From Octopus sinensis (lineage: Eukaryota), in NCBI RefSeq assembly GCF_006345805.1, contig NC_043000.1, positions 65,534,001 to 65,598,000 on the forward strand: a stretch of DNA of 64,000 nucleotides, given 5' to 3'. The notes beneath the pieces were generated by a model, which saw only the letters and a program-made list of their open reading frames with translations, was not told where the DNA came from and did not search any database. The translations under genes and the position numbers were made by a program. Below, piece by piece: positions 46,906-59,640 of the stretch. How positions within the stretch are numbered: the stretch's first letter is position 1; the number at the start of each line of letters is the position of its first letter.

Positions 46906-49900
46906 ATATTTTCTTCTGGGCTACTTTCAAACACAGTCCACTCTGGCTGGTATCCTTCAGTTACGAAAATTAATATTGCTTACCTCATTGAATTTTAGTA
47001 AGTACTTGACCAGACTAATAGGTAAGACCAGTTGCTGCTTAAGCAGTAGAATTCCGAACCCATCGTTATCTCTGCAATGTTGGACAGCTATTTTGATATA
47101 GGAGTTGCTTAAGCAACTGTAAAGTGGACTGACTTTGAGACGCTACTCGTCATAGATCCGTATTTAATCTCAGAGAGACCCTCCTTAAATCTATATTTAA
47201 CCTAAACCTTACCCATAAGTCTGCTATATCTGCAAGAGATTGGAAATTTAGAACAAGAATTGCCGTACTCTGAAGCGAACTACAAACCAAGAATGTGAAG
47301 CCCCAATTGTTCGATGCTCTCACTACTCACATAAATATTATCCTTTTAACTCCGAAATGAAATTCTGGTTAGTCAAGTAATGATGTTAGATATCTACCAA
47401 AAATAGAATTGGTATTTTCTGCAAGTCATGTTGTTTCAATAAACTCGACATATCTCAACAGAAAATTGTTTCAAAATTTGAAATTCCTCAACAAATGATG
47501 TATTGGTATATAAAACTGCTTTCGGCAGTTAAACTTAGTGAAATTTTGAATGGATATATCTCATTTCCAAAGTAAAAAGGTTATAAGACACTAAAGCATA
47601 TCTTTATTTTTTATAAATAGTCTTTCTTAATAATTCATATTTAGGTCATGAGGGTGTATAAATGCCAGTGATTATTTTTCAAAATATTTTGTTAGGAGTG
47701 TCTAGGTTACCGCCACACATGGTGAACTTAGTTGCTGAACCTGCTAAGACTATCAGCGAAATCTCACCTGACTATGTTTTAATTTTATTTTGATTTTTAA
47801 ACCAGAAAAAGCAGTGCCTATGATTGATTTTTTTCCCCTTTTCTTTTGTATTTGGCCTCGAAGAGGAAGAAAGGGAATTATCCTCGAACTAGAGGCTTGA
47901 TATGAATGTTTGCTAAAGTGCAAACTCATTTACAGTACCTAAGGATTAGCTGGCGGGATTAAACTGGATGCCGGATTAAATTTATAAAGAACTCAGAACG
48001 CAATGAACCGAATCAAATACTGCCAATCTATCGCCCCGGCCAGGTACTTTATTTTATCAACCTCGAAATGTCGAAAAGCAAAGTTAGTCTTGGCGGTATA
48101 GTAACTCAAGAATTAATGCCGCCGGTATTTTATCATATGCTGCAAATTCGTTGTTAGAAATATTAGCCAAATCAGATCTGTTGTTGATTAGGCTCAGGTT
48201 GAAAAAAATTTGATTATTCCGTCTTCTTTTCTTTTCTTTTTTTTTTTTTTTTTCGCTTGAGTATCTAGAATGGTTGGATATGATTTTAGGAGACTTACCT
48301 CTGACCATATTGACACCTTTTCACGGAACCAAAGTTGATTCCTGTACTGTATAATGGCGTAGACATTTTCTACTCTCCTACGCTTCGTTCCTCTGATCAT
48401 CGCGTCTCGAAAATTCTTAATAACACAAATGCTATATACACTTATGTATTGCATGCTACCAAATAAATAATGATTAATATGTTGTGCAGAAGTGAAAGGA
48501 TTCAAGCCTTTTTGTTGCTCTACATTTAATAAATATTATATGTGCGCTAATTTCCATTTCATTTTTCTATAAATCAATGCTTAACCTGAAAATCTCATTG
48601 AATTGCTAATGCTTGGAATCATTGCTATATAAACTTTTAGCCACGTCATTGTGTTTTCATTTCTTAATTCATAGAGAAAATAATCTCGATATGAGGCCAG
48701 ACAGGAGCATATAGGATCATATATTGCATCCTTCGGCAGTCGTTTAGTGATCATATATTTCATATAACTATTAAACCCCTTATTGATTTATGCAGATAAT
48801 AAATTTCCAAAGATACGTTGGAATTTACAATATGTACAGAAATTGATATATATAATTGAGAAATTGATAAATAAATATATATTTAATCAACGCTATGCGA
48901 AACAAGAATGCTGCATATGAGTTTCGTGTATGTATGTATGTATGTATGTATGTATGTATGTATGTATGTATGTATGCATGTATGCATGTATGCATGTATG
49001 AATGGATGGATAAAGGATGAGGAGAGAGAGGAAGGGTGGGAGGGCGGATGGTGGGAGGAATGGAGAGAGGGAAGGATAGATGGATGGATAGAGGAAGAAT
49101 ATATCGTCTGGGTAGACAAGGTAGGCGGTATGTACCCAAACTAAAACTACAAATGTTAATTATTAATTATAAAAAGTAAATGATTTCCAATTCATTATAA
49201 ACATGCTAATTTTACGCATAGAATTCAGCGTATAATTTCAATAAACGGGTACTTCTTTGATGTAAGACAGGTATAATTTCCGTTGCTGTTCAAGTCCAAT
49301 GTATAAATTACATTTAACGATAGTAAAACACGCACGCTTTGAGTTCAGTTCCACAATACAAAAATTATAGTGAAAATTGTAGCAGATGAAATATATGCTT
49401 ATGTTGATTTTATAGAACGAGAAGTGTGTGTGTAGGGCGGTGCGTATGTGTGTATATAAATATGTATGCGTATGTGTGTATGTGTGCGCGCGCGCTTTTC
49501 TTACCTCTGTTGATTGAGTCAGTTTGTAGAGACATTGTTTATTTCGTGTGAATATATAAAACAGCATTTCATACGTGTGTTTGTGTGTGTATGTGTGTGT
49601 GTGCGTAATGATATATAACTCACTATATATATCTAAACATTTTTTGTTGTTGCTATATATGTATATGTTTATGCAGTTTTACAACTTATCAAGCATCAGC
49701 CACTGGACGGCAGCGATGGTGAGGCACCGCCAAGAGCTTAGTCGATAATAACGATACGAGCACTAGGTTCAACCTGCCACTTATTTTATTGATTACTATT
49801 AATCGAATCGTCAAATTACAGGACGAAAAGTGACACAACGTAAGCGACATATGGGCAGAGAAGGCAGGCAGATAGATAAACGTTTGTATATGTAAATATA

Positions 49901-50177
49901 CTACACACACACACCAAACTAGCTCAGGTAAGCATAATACTTGACGGAAGGCAAAGATCATAGAGGACTGCAGGGTAGTGAAACATATTGAGTTTAAAAG
50001 CCATCAGGCTACAGCAGCAAAAGAGACAGCAGAGGTAAACTACCATATTACCAACATTCTGTCCTCCAAATCCATTCGTCCTGAGCTCCATTAAACTGGA
50101 TACCATGGGAAGGTTGCAACTGCTAAAACCTCTCCGATCCCTCATCAACATTGATAAACGGGGAATAAATGGTGTGC

Positions 50178-50349
50178 CTATAGCAGTGAGTCCCAATGTA
50201 AATCTATTGCAGTGAGTCTATAGCAGTGAGTCCCAATGTGAGTATATTGCAGTGAGTCTATTACAGTGAGTCCCAATGTGATTCTATAGCAGTGAGTCCC
50301 AATGTGAATCTATTGCAGTGAGTCTCAATGTGAGTCTACAGCAGTGAGT
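50178..50349. repeat. Minisatellite built from about 14-bp (ctatwgcagtgagt) and about 26-bp (ctatagcagtgagtcccaatgtgaat) units
   Basis: cagtgagt recurs eight times with alternating spacers. Confidence 0.85.
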
Positions 50350-50659
50350 ACCATACGTCCTATCGGTGGGTCCTGGAAAAATTGTGGTAGAGCTTGGGAT
50401 CAAACATTTTTCATTTTTTTTTAAATGGGATGTGGAATTGTGAAAATCTTTTTTTCTTTTTCTTTTCTTTTTTTTTTTGTTCACAGCAAATATATTACAC
50501 TTATAATCAGCTTAGCCAAATCAATCCCTCCAGTCAAGTATAGAGCGTGAAAACTGTTTGCTACAGTTTAGCGCTATTTTAATGCTCTAGTGTGAATATT
50601 TCTTAAAGGGAAGTATATAAATATTAAATATTAAAAATAAGTTGTTTTTTTTTCCCAAC

Positions 50660-51930
50660 CACCAGTGGGGTATACATTTTTCTGGAAAGTTATAGTGAGG
50701 GAAAATAGATTGGGCAACACTGGTCTACACTATCAGAAGTGGTCAACGGCTTGATGGAACAATGTCAGTTTCTCCGACGAATCATTATTCACCATTTACC
50801 CACACTTTGGAGCGAGTTTATGCCGGGAGATACCCGAAAGAAGAACCTCTGGTATCCACTAATAGCAACAGAATCATATGGTGTTATAATGGAGGCAGTT
50901 GAATGCAGATCAATGATCAGGTTCTTATACTTGAAAGGTCGTACACGAAAAGAACTTTCGATGAGATGAAAGAGGTTTATGGTTACGATGCACCATCATA
51001 CGGCGTAGTCAAGCACTGGCATCCCCAATTCAAATGTGGTCGGGCATCGGTGGAGACACCATCCATAAAGTGAAAGCCGCCATCTTCGAGGATCACCGCA
51101 TAATTATTCAGCAACTAGCCCAAGAAGTGAAGATAAGTGTAGGGTCCGTGGAAAAAATCACTCACGGCCATTTGCACATGCGGAAGTTGTCTGCACGATG
51201 GATTGATTCCCCGGATGCTCACACATTTTCAGGAGCAGAGACGAGTCAATTACTCCCAGGCTCTTTTAGCAAGATGCCAAGAAAACGAGAACTTTTTCGG
51301 CAAGATGAAACATCGGTCCATCAATATGATCCTGAGACTGAAGTCCAGTCGAAGTAATAGAAGCATGATAACTCACCACCTGCAAAGAAGGCTCGTGCCC
51401 AATCCTCAGCAGGAAAGGTGATGCTCACAGTCTTTTGGGACCAGCGCAGTGCAGTGATGATGGATTTTCTGGCAAAGGATACCACAATTGATTCTCTGCT
51501 GCAGAAATTGCGAAACGCTACCAAAGCAGAGAGGCGTAGTATGCTGCCCAAAAGAGTCCGTCTCCCCCAGAACAATGCCCCAGTTCACAATGCGCATGTT
51601 GCCCAGATGAAAGCACACTCCTGCAGCTATGAAATCCCTCTTCGTTCCCCTTACTCTCTCGACCTCGCACCATTTGACTTCTACCTCTTTCCAACCAAGA
51701 AATCTGTTTTGAACGGGAAGCAATTTTCAGATGATCATAAACTTATTTCCGCGGAAAATTCTTGGCTCCAGACGTAACATACAGACTTCCACAGCTGCAT
51801 AAAGCGATGGGAGAAGTGTATCACCATTGGTGGTGGCTGTGTAGAGAAGGAATAATAATTATACCAAGTTTCGTTTATCCCAGTCCTTGGGAAGTGGGTT
51901 AGGGGAAATCTTTAATGAACACCTCTCGTA
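50660..51930 (+). mobile_element. Near full-length degenerate mariner (irritans/Himar-like)
   Basis: Frameshifted transposase 50889-51854: MEAVECRSMIRFLYLKG.., ARWI/PRMLT, DET..HQYDPET, GKVMLTVFWD, QNNAPVH, PYSLDLAPFDFYLFP. Right end ggttaggggaaatctttaatgaacacctctcg+TA. Left TIR not recognisable. Confidence 0.9.
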
Positions 51931-51995
51931 TACCCCTCACATACGCATTTATATATAAATATAAATGCTTTCGCAAATAAAATCATTCTTCAGTT

Positions 51996-52110
51996 TTGAA
52001 GCTCTGATGAAGTTTAAGGTTGATACACTAGCACTGAACTATGAGTGCATTGCTTCTTATGGCAGAAACAGTTGTAAGCAAATGAAGTTCATGACATAGT
52101 TTTCTCATTT
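51996..52110 (+). repeat. Dispersed HHR-core-bearing repeat, family 2 (copy A)
   Basis: gctCTGATGAag..ctatgagtgcattgc.tcttat..GAAAcagttgtaag..aatgaagttca, homologous to 56369-56468 (-) and 56575-56675 (+). Confidence 0.7.
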
Positions 52111-52526
52111 CCTTGCCATTTTAATTTCTTACACATATACACATACAGACATACACACACACGCACACACACACACACATACACACAAACACACACTCAT
52201 GCACACACACACACACACATACACAAACACAGATAGAAAAGATTGGTGAAATCAAAAATTCAATGTTTTTTGTATTAGTAGCAGCCACCGAAGTAATCCG
52301 CCTTTTTTTTTAATATTCTCAATCAAAGTCTCAATGACGTATATCATTATTGATAATATGTAATTAAGATTGTAATGCCAGAATAACATTTTGTTCGGAT
52401 TTATTCTAGCTACGCGGTATTTCAATTAAACTCATTTTTCTCTCTCCTGATTTACTCTGGAACGAATCCTTATCTCTGATTTTTCTTTATTGTTTTTCAC
52501 CTCTCTCTGTAGACAGCTGTTTGATT

Positions 52527-52800
52527 TCAACGGAATTTCTTGTGGATTATTTGTCTTTCAGTTACTATTTTCTGATGGTGAAGTTTTTCATTAACAGCTT
52601 TTAACTCCTGTTTGAGAAGGATCAGTTTATATTCAAGATTTATCTTTTGGCTAATCTCCGTGCAACATTTCTGTAATATTTTTTTCAAATTTTGTTGGAA
52701 AGAATAGCTATTTTCTTGTTTGTGTTTGATAACAATCGCTAATGCAATTGACAGTCTTCCGTAGATCAACGGCTTTTTCTGTTTTCCAAATCCAGAAGTT
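52527..52800 (-). mobile_element. Fragment of a non-LTR retrotransposon, probably RLE-type (R4/Dong/NeSL-like), pre-RT region
   Basis: LKQELKAVNEKLHHQKIVTERQIIHKKF resembles the LKQ.L.A...KL...K...R..IN..F region preceding RT in RLE LINEs. Pattern recognition only. Confidence 0.4.
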
Positions 52801-52907
52801 CATCCCACCTCCCCTATTGTTTTGCCTTGTATGTTCAAGAAACTGTTTAACAATTGTGAGAAGGTGTTTATTGACATAAACGAGGGTTTAATACTCACTG
52901 AATAGCT

Positions 52908-53155
52908 CAGTGGTTCTCGACTATATTTTGACCCATGGGCTCCTTTTAATCCTTATTGTATTCAGGCGGACCCTAATAGCCATTCGATGTTTAAAAGCTC
53001 CCATTTATATTTTTATTATTAAGTATTATCAGGAATTGTATTAAAAAATATTGTTAAAATATTTTGTGCATTGCAGAAGTATAACCAACTTAATTTGATT
53101 ATAAAATCTTATATTGACCTCCAAGGGTCATATGAACTCCATTTGAAAACCACTG
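52908..53155. mobile_element. hAT MITE
   Basis: TIRs cagtggttctc / gaaaaccactg. Interior homologous to the 12253 and 58568 copies. Confidence 0.75.
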
Positions 53156-53868
53156 GTAGAGTTAATCACCATCAATATCAACTTCGTAGGTTTCTTATCA
53201 TTGCTAGTTGAATATGGTCTGTCTTACATCCGTAGTATTAGGAACTAACAAGCCTTCTTTTGAAAATACTTCGATAAGAACAACTTGTTCCAGTCATACT
53301 TATCGTGGTAGCTAGATGTAGACAGACGACTAGCTTTACTGCGAGCTAACATAATGATTTCTATAGGTTTGTTATAGAACGTGCTGTCATAAATGTTGTG
53401 GCAATGCGTGCTTTATTTACTGTAATTTATTGTTTGTTTATTGTTGTTTCTACACTGCTCCCACTTCTGCAAACAACATTTTAATCAGCAGACACTCCTC
53501 TTGCATGATACTAGCGTCGCTTGATGACGTAATTGTTTTGCCGGGAAATACTTAAATTCTTGTATGAAGTTCATCTCAGAATATTTTCACTTAATTCATA
53601 TAATCAACATTCATTTTTATGTTATTTTCTAGCAATTATTTTCTTGCCCTTTTAAAGCGATTGCAAAATTCATTATTGACTCCATTTTATTTTACTTGCC
53701 CCGATGGTTTTTTATTTATTTTTTTTTTTCGCTAGTGTTTTTAATATCGTTGGATATGCAGAAACAAAAGATTGCACGATCTTGAATGAAACGGTTACTA
53801 AAATGAGTGTTATCAGAAGAATAACTGGTTATATAACCACCACCACCACCACCACCACCACCACCACC

Positions 53869-53923
<55 letters not shown>

Positions 53924-53924
53924 C

Positions 53925-54135
53925 GGTTTCAAATTTTGGCACAAGGCCAGCAATTTCTTTTAGAAGAGTGGGAAGTCAATTACGATGACCCCAGGGATAA
54001 ACTGGTACTTATTTTATTCATCCAGAAAGGATGAAAGCAATGTCGAATTCGGCATTATTTAAATTCAGAACGTAAAGCTGGCAGAAATGCTACTAAACAT
54101 TTTGTCCAGTGTGATAACAATTCTGTCAGCTAGCC
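53925..54135 (-). mobile_element. SINE family B flanked by (ACC)n(ACA)n and (ATA)n
   Basis: ggtttcaaattttggcacaaggccagcaat..actggtacttattttatt..aggatgaaag..ttcagaacgtaaag..attctgtcagct. Confidence 0.75.
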
Positions 54136-54197
<62 letters not shown>

Positions 54198-54318
54198 TCT
54201 CAATTATTTTTGTTCCATGTCTCAATGGGAGCCAAATTTCGGAAATCAAATCAGTTTTCGCGAGGACGCAGTTTCGGAGCCTTTCCGTGAGGTATTCACA
54301 TACATGCACATATACACT

Positions 54319-54362
<44 letters not shown>

Positions 54363-54392
54363 AGAGAGAGAGATTTATGTATGCATATGTGT

Positions 54393-54442
<50 letters not shown>

Positions 54443-54725
54443 TGTGTAGTCCAGTTGAAACCAGAATCAATGAGAGACATCTTTCATAAAAAGTTATAAA
54501 TTCTTTCTTCACATTTCCATGCTTTCATAATTTTCTTCGAGTTTTCTTGAACGCACGTTGAAATACAAATTCTCAAAATTTTTGGTTCTTATACATTTGT
54601 AAACAGGTTTTGCGTTTCCATCTTCATATCAGTTGCGTTAGCATTGTCTTTTCTATGGTTATAATCGCTCTGTTAAACAGTGAAATTGGTAGACGGAAAT
54701 TGTATGGAATCGTGTCATCAGTTTG

Positions 54726-54773
<48 letters not shown>

Positions 54774-54859
54774 ATATATAATCCACACATAAAGAAAATG
54801 AATATACGATTACAGGAGGAAGAAGAAAAACCACCAATAGTAACTCCGCAGGGAGAACG

Positions 54860-55236
54860 GAAAAAAAATCACATGTAAGTGTACACGTAAAGAGGAATTC
54901 CGATTTAACAACAACTGCATGATAAAGAATGTAGTTTACAAATGTGAGGTGAAGACAGGTATGCAGAAATACTTGTACATTGGGGGCAACGGAGACATCA
55001 GGAAAAACCGTCTCCGTAACCATCTTACATTATTATTAAAAATGCTGCACCCATACAACAGAGCATCATGGGCAAGCAACTTATGCCAAGAAGAAACTCT
55101 AGAAATCATCACATCCAGGGAAAACGTGGTCAATAGACACTCCGAGGTAATCATATCATGTAAACAAAAAAGAAAAACATTATTTCTGGAATTTGAAGAA
55201 AACATTTTAAAACGGAATAATATCAACCGCCCTTAG
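54860..55236 (+). mobile_element. PLE GIY-YIG endonuclease fragment (second family)
   Basis: KITCKCTRKEEFRFNNNCMIKNVVYKCEVKTGMQKYLYIGGNG..KNRLRNH..CKQ..: CxC..C..NVVY..YIG..R..NH. Confidence 0.75.
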
Positions 55237-56169
55237 CATATTACAGAACAAGGAAGGAACACAAACAAAAAACCAAACCAACCGGCATTTAGGATACTAT
55301 ACACCTTATCACTGTATCACCAGAAGTAATTAAAAGGTCGCCCTATGAAAGTATCGTTTATCAATTCAGACAATAAACTACAACAGTTGATGGCTGTAGT
55401 GGGTGTACCCGCTGACCTGTTTACTGCAGAATTCATTGATGAGAGTCATGCCTTAAATGAGATCGAACAAAAGGATGTTCTACTCATCCTTGACATCTGC
55501 AGACTGAATAGCAAAATAAGTCCAACGTCATATAATAAAATAAGTCCAACACACATATAATAACCATATAACTACCATTCATTCCTCTTTTTTCATCACC
55601 AAATACACCCAGAAATACCCACATAAGTCAGTCAACCTTCTCACTGGTCAAAAGGGATAAACAACCCTCCGCTAAACACCCATTGGTGTTATATCGCCTG
55701 AAGAAATGAATTCATAAAGATGATCTACCCGATGCCCACGGATACTAAGGGCTACACTGTAATCATCTCAGGAATATGGACTGTGATCCCAAGCGATATG
55801 TGATTTTTGGAAACGTGCATAGCGATGCATTAGATGTTTATAAATTCCATCCAAGGTTAATTGCTATTATTACTATATTTATCTTGCATTATATCGGCAC
55901 AGCTCGATGCAACTCCAAAAAACTGGCATTATTGGACCGTGGCTGGCATAATGGATTATGATCTTTATTTGCATATTCAAAACGTTTCCCGTGAACAAAT
56001 TTAAAGATATATATATATATATATATTAATCAATTAAGGGTAGCAAAAAATTCAGTAAAAATTTTGTTTTTAAATTTTCACCTTATTTCCGAATTACACT
56101 ACTTGGCGGTTGGAGGTCTGGCTGCTCTTTCTGGTGGACGAATGGCCTGTTTAGGCCATTCCTAAATTG

Positions 56170-56207
<38 letters not shown>

Positions 56208-56368
56208 TGAATGAGTGCGTATGCATTTTTGCGTTTGTGTCTGTATCCATGTACATATTTATGTTTGTGCATGCCCGTCATTTAGAGGTTTGACAAAAAC
56301 AAATCGATAAACTAACACTAGATTAAAAATATATATATGATGGATGCTCCATCATGGTCGCAATCCAG

Positions 56369-56675
56369 TGAACTTCATTATTTTACAACTATTTCGGCTA
56401 AAAGATGCAATGCACTCATAGCTGAATACTTGTCTATCACACTATAGCTTCATCAGAGCTTCAAACATGATGTGTCGTTTTATTTGGGAGAACATATCCT
56501 TTTTCATTGGTAGTGCTTTTCTTTGTACATACAAATGTAAATGTTCTTCCAAATAAATCTGCACTTCATATTTAAATCTCCGATGAAGCTATAGAGTGAC
56601 ACTTAAGCATTTAACTTTGAGTGCATTACATCTTATCGCAGAAACAGTTATAAACTAATGAAGTTCATAACATGA
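56369..56675. repeat. Divergent inverted pair of family-2 HHR-like repeats (56369-56468 minus, 56575-56675 plus)
   Basis: The reverse complement of the left copy aligns with the right copy (ctgatgaagctatag.gtga..gagtgcatt.catctt..gaaa.agtt.taaa.taatgaagttca). Confidence 0.75.
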
Positions 56676-56807
56676 TTGTTTATTCATTCACCATTCTAAT
56701 CTTCTATTACCGCTCTGTACTCGTTCTGAAGCATATGTATATTGAGTTCTAAATTTTGATTGGTCATCTACTAGGTAGCAAGGTTGTAAAGGAAAGGATC
56801 CTTCTTT

Positions 56808-56839
<32 letters not shown>

Positions 56840-57179
56840 TGTATGTATGTATGTATGTATGTATGTATGTATGTATGTCATTATTCAGTTTTATTTCAAA
56901 ATTTCTCGCCAATAAAGAACCAGCTTCTAACATAGATCAGAAGCACCTTCATAGTATTTCAACAACATCAAAAGTGTATTTTTGCATGTATGTGTATATG
57001 TGAAGAGTTTGGAGTCAGTGCCTGTGCACATTTGTATTCTTTGTTTTACGTATATATTCTCGTGTATATAGCTGCATGTCTAGATAAGCTCATATATATC
57101 TAAAGGATAAACTTCTGTAAGGTTTTACAGATTTTTACAATTCCAGTGATGGCTTGGATCTGCAGTTTTCGAATCAGCC

Positions 57180-57720
57180 TTCTCCTTTCTGGCCTTGAGA
57201 GGTCTAATTTCTCATGATTGGTACTTAGGCAATGCGTTATATATTCCAGTACCCCAATAATTACAGGTATAAACCTGAACTTGTAATCTGTAGGTTTCTC
57301 AATAGTTCAGCATAGGTATTTTCTTTCTGGATGATCTTCAGCTTTATGTTAATATCCGCTGGGCAGCTGATTTCCACAAGTGTACACAGTTTCTCTTCGC
57401 TATTCCAAATCACTATGTCAGTTCTATTATGCTTACATTTTATTGAAGTTTTTACAGGGACATTCCACCAGTACTCCTTATTTTGAGTGGCTATGGTTTC
57501 TACCATACTGTGGGTTCTTATTCCTTTGTCTCCAGTGTTTTCATTTCAACAGATTTCATACAGCGTCCAATTTTCGGACAACCTCTTATGCTGTGGGTGA
57601 TATATTCTGTGTTAACTCCACAAAATCTGCTTCGGTTAACCGATTTTGGTACTTTTCCTGCGTCTCTATTCCTTACATGCAGCAGGTATTTGTAGACGCA
57701 TACCCTTCAAAGTGGAAGTT
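57180..57720 (-). mobile_element. RLE-type non-LTR retrotransposon C-terminus (zinc knuckle plus restriction-like endonuclease)
   Basis: (C>S)RFCGVNTEYITHSIRGC CCHC knuckle, then WWNVPVKT..KHNRTDIVIW..CTLVEISCP.D..KE..Y, the RLE (P)D..E..K motif. Confidence 0.8.
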
Positions 57721-58567
57721 ACTAATGTATGTATGTATGTATGTATGTATGTATGTATGTATGTATGTATGTATGTATGTATGTATGTATGTATGTATGT
57801 ATATGTGTATATGCGCATTCTCTTGACTGGAATATAAGGATATTGATCAGCCACCTGATCGATAGGAATATTGTTAAGAAAAGATATTACATGATTTTTT
57901 TAAATGTGCTTTTATTCTTTTTGTCATTCTTTGCAACCATTCAGCCTTTAAATTTCAAGAGCTTGCAGATTTTTGTTGACCCAGATATTGGTGATTATTA
58001 CAACCGATCAGATCTTGGAGGTTTAGAGGATCTTTTTTTCATTTATTAGGTAAATTGCAAATCTTCTACTCTTGACTGCAGAAGCATAGCCTTCGAAATA
58101 TGGCGAATGCAAGAAAGGCTATACTTAATGCTATTTTTAGTATCATCCTTAAGTTTACGAGACATGCTCGTGCATAAGTTTTTCTAGCTTTTGATAAAGC
58201 GCTCCTTTTAAAGGGATATGTTGTGGTATGCAGTCCATTCATTGTGAGATCTTGTGGAATGTCATCAGCAGGTGAGTGTTTTATGAGGTTCGCTACCGTC
58301 CTGTAGAATGCATGTATCCATGTATGTATGTATGTATGTATGTATGTATGTATGTATGTATGTATGTATGTATGTATGTATGTATGTATGTATGTATGTA
58401 TACGCACGCTTGTGTATGCATGTACGTACGTACATATATATGTATGTATGTTTTTTCCTTCCTATCAGGAATTTTAGTATAAAAATGGTCTTGTTTTCTA
58501 CATGATCTTTTGTTCAATCATTTTCCCTTTAAAGTTTTATTGTCCCAGACATTGGAATTATCTATTC

Positions 58568-58815
58568 CAGTGTTTCTCAACCATTTTTTTTTTCACCTAT
58601 AGCCTCCTTTGATTCCTATTTTACCTGTATGGACAATCTTAGTCATTCACTGTTTAAAAAATCTTATATATTTATAATTATATATTATTAGGAATTGAAT
58701 TTAAAAAAAAGTTAAAATATTGCAGAAGTATAAACAATTTATTGTCGATAAATTTCAACAACAAAATCTTATATCAACCCCCAAGGACCATATCGTCCCT
58801 GGTTGAAAATCACTG
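58568..58815. mobile_element. hAT MITE with degenerate 8-bp TSD
   Basis: TIRs cagtgtttctcaacc / ggttgaaaatcactg. Flanks atctattc and atctatag (6/8 match). Confidence 0.8.
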
Positions 58816-58914
58816 ATCTATAGCTTATAATGGAACTACAATAATCCCAAATTAACCATAATTTGATTCAAGCAGGAAGGTGCATATCATGTAGCTTTAA
58901 TAATCCTGAAATCT

Positions 58915-59095
58915 TTGTGGGAGGGGGCTAGTCGAATATATCGACCGTCGTGTTTCAATGGTACTTATTTTATTGACCCCGAAAGGATGAAAGGCAAACT
59001 CGACCTCAACGGAATTTGAACTTAGAACATAAAGACGAACGAAATGCCTAAGCAATTTGGCCGGCGTGCTCCCGATTCTGCCAGCTCGCCGCCTT
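58915..59095 (-). mobile_element. SINE family B
   Basis: ggtacttattttattgaccccgaaaggatgaaaggc..cggaatttgaacttagaac..gattctgccagctcgccgcc. Confidence 0.8.
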
Positions 59096-59294
59096 TTGTT
59101 GCTTTAATACTAACGTGCATAAAACTGAAAGTATGTTCGTATTGAAGGATCAACATTTATGGTCCCTGTAGGTTTGCTACCATATTTATGCAAAATAAGC
59201 AGCTGAGTGTTATGTATGTGTGCGTATGTATGTATGCATGCATACATGTATGTGTGCATGTATGTATGTATATACATGTCGGTATATATGTGAA

Positions 59295-59540
59295 AGGTAG
59301 GAGAGTCCAGTTTGCTGGACATTGCTGTAGAGCTGAAAAAGAAGTAATTTCTACTCTTCTCCTCTGGAAGCCATCTACTCGCAATACCAGAGGGCGCACA
59401 CTCTCCTACCCTGATGTAATCTCCAGGGATACAGGCATCCAGCAACAGGACCTCCGTAATGCCATGATGGACCGTGAAGTCTGGCGTAGCATGGTAAATT
59501 CCATTGTCTCGACCACGGTCGAACAATGATGATGATGATA
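59295..59540 (+). mobile_element. RTE LINE 3' terminus with (TGA)n tail
   Basis: RRVQFAGHCCRAEKEVISTLLLWKP..RGRTLSYPDVISRDTG..LRNAMMDREVWRSMV followed by tgatgatgatga. Confidence 0.88.
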
Positions 59541-59558
59541 TATGTATGTATGTGTTAA

Positions 59559-59640
<82 letters not shown>

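Noticed and set aside
50178-50349. CRISPR-like array
   Set aside because: The spacers are not unique, the units are too short, and the context is eukaryotic with no cas genes.
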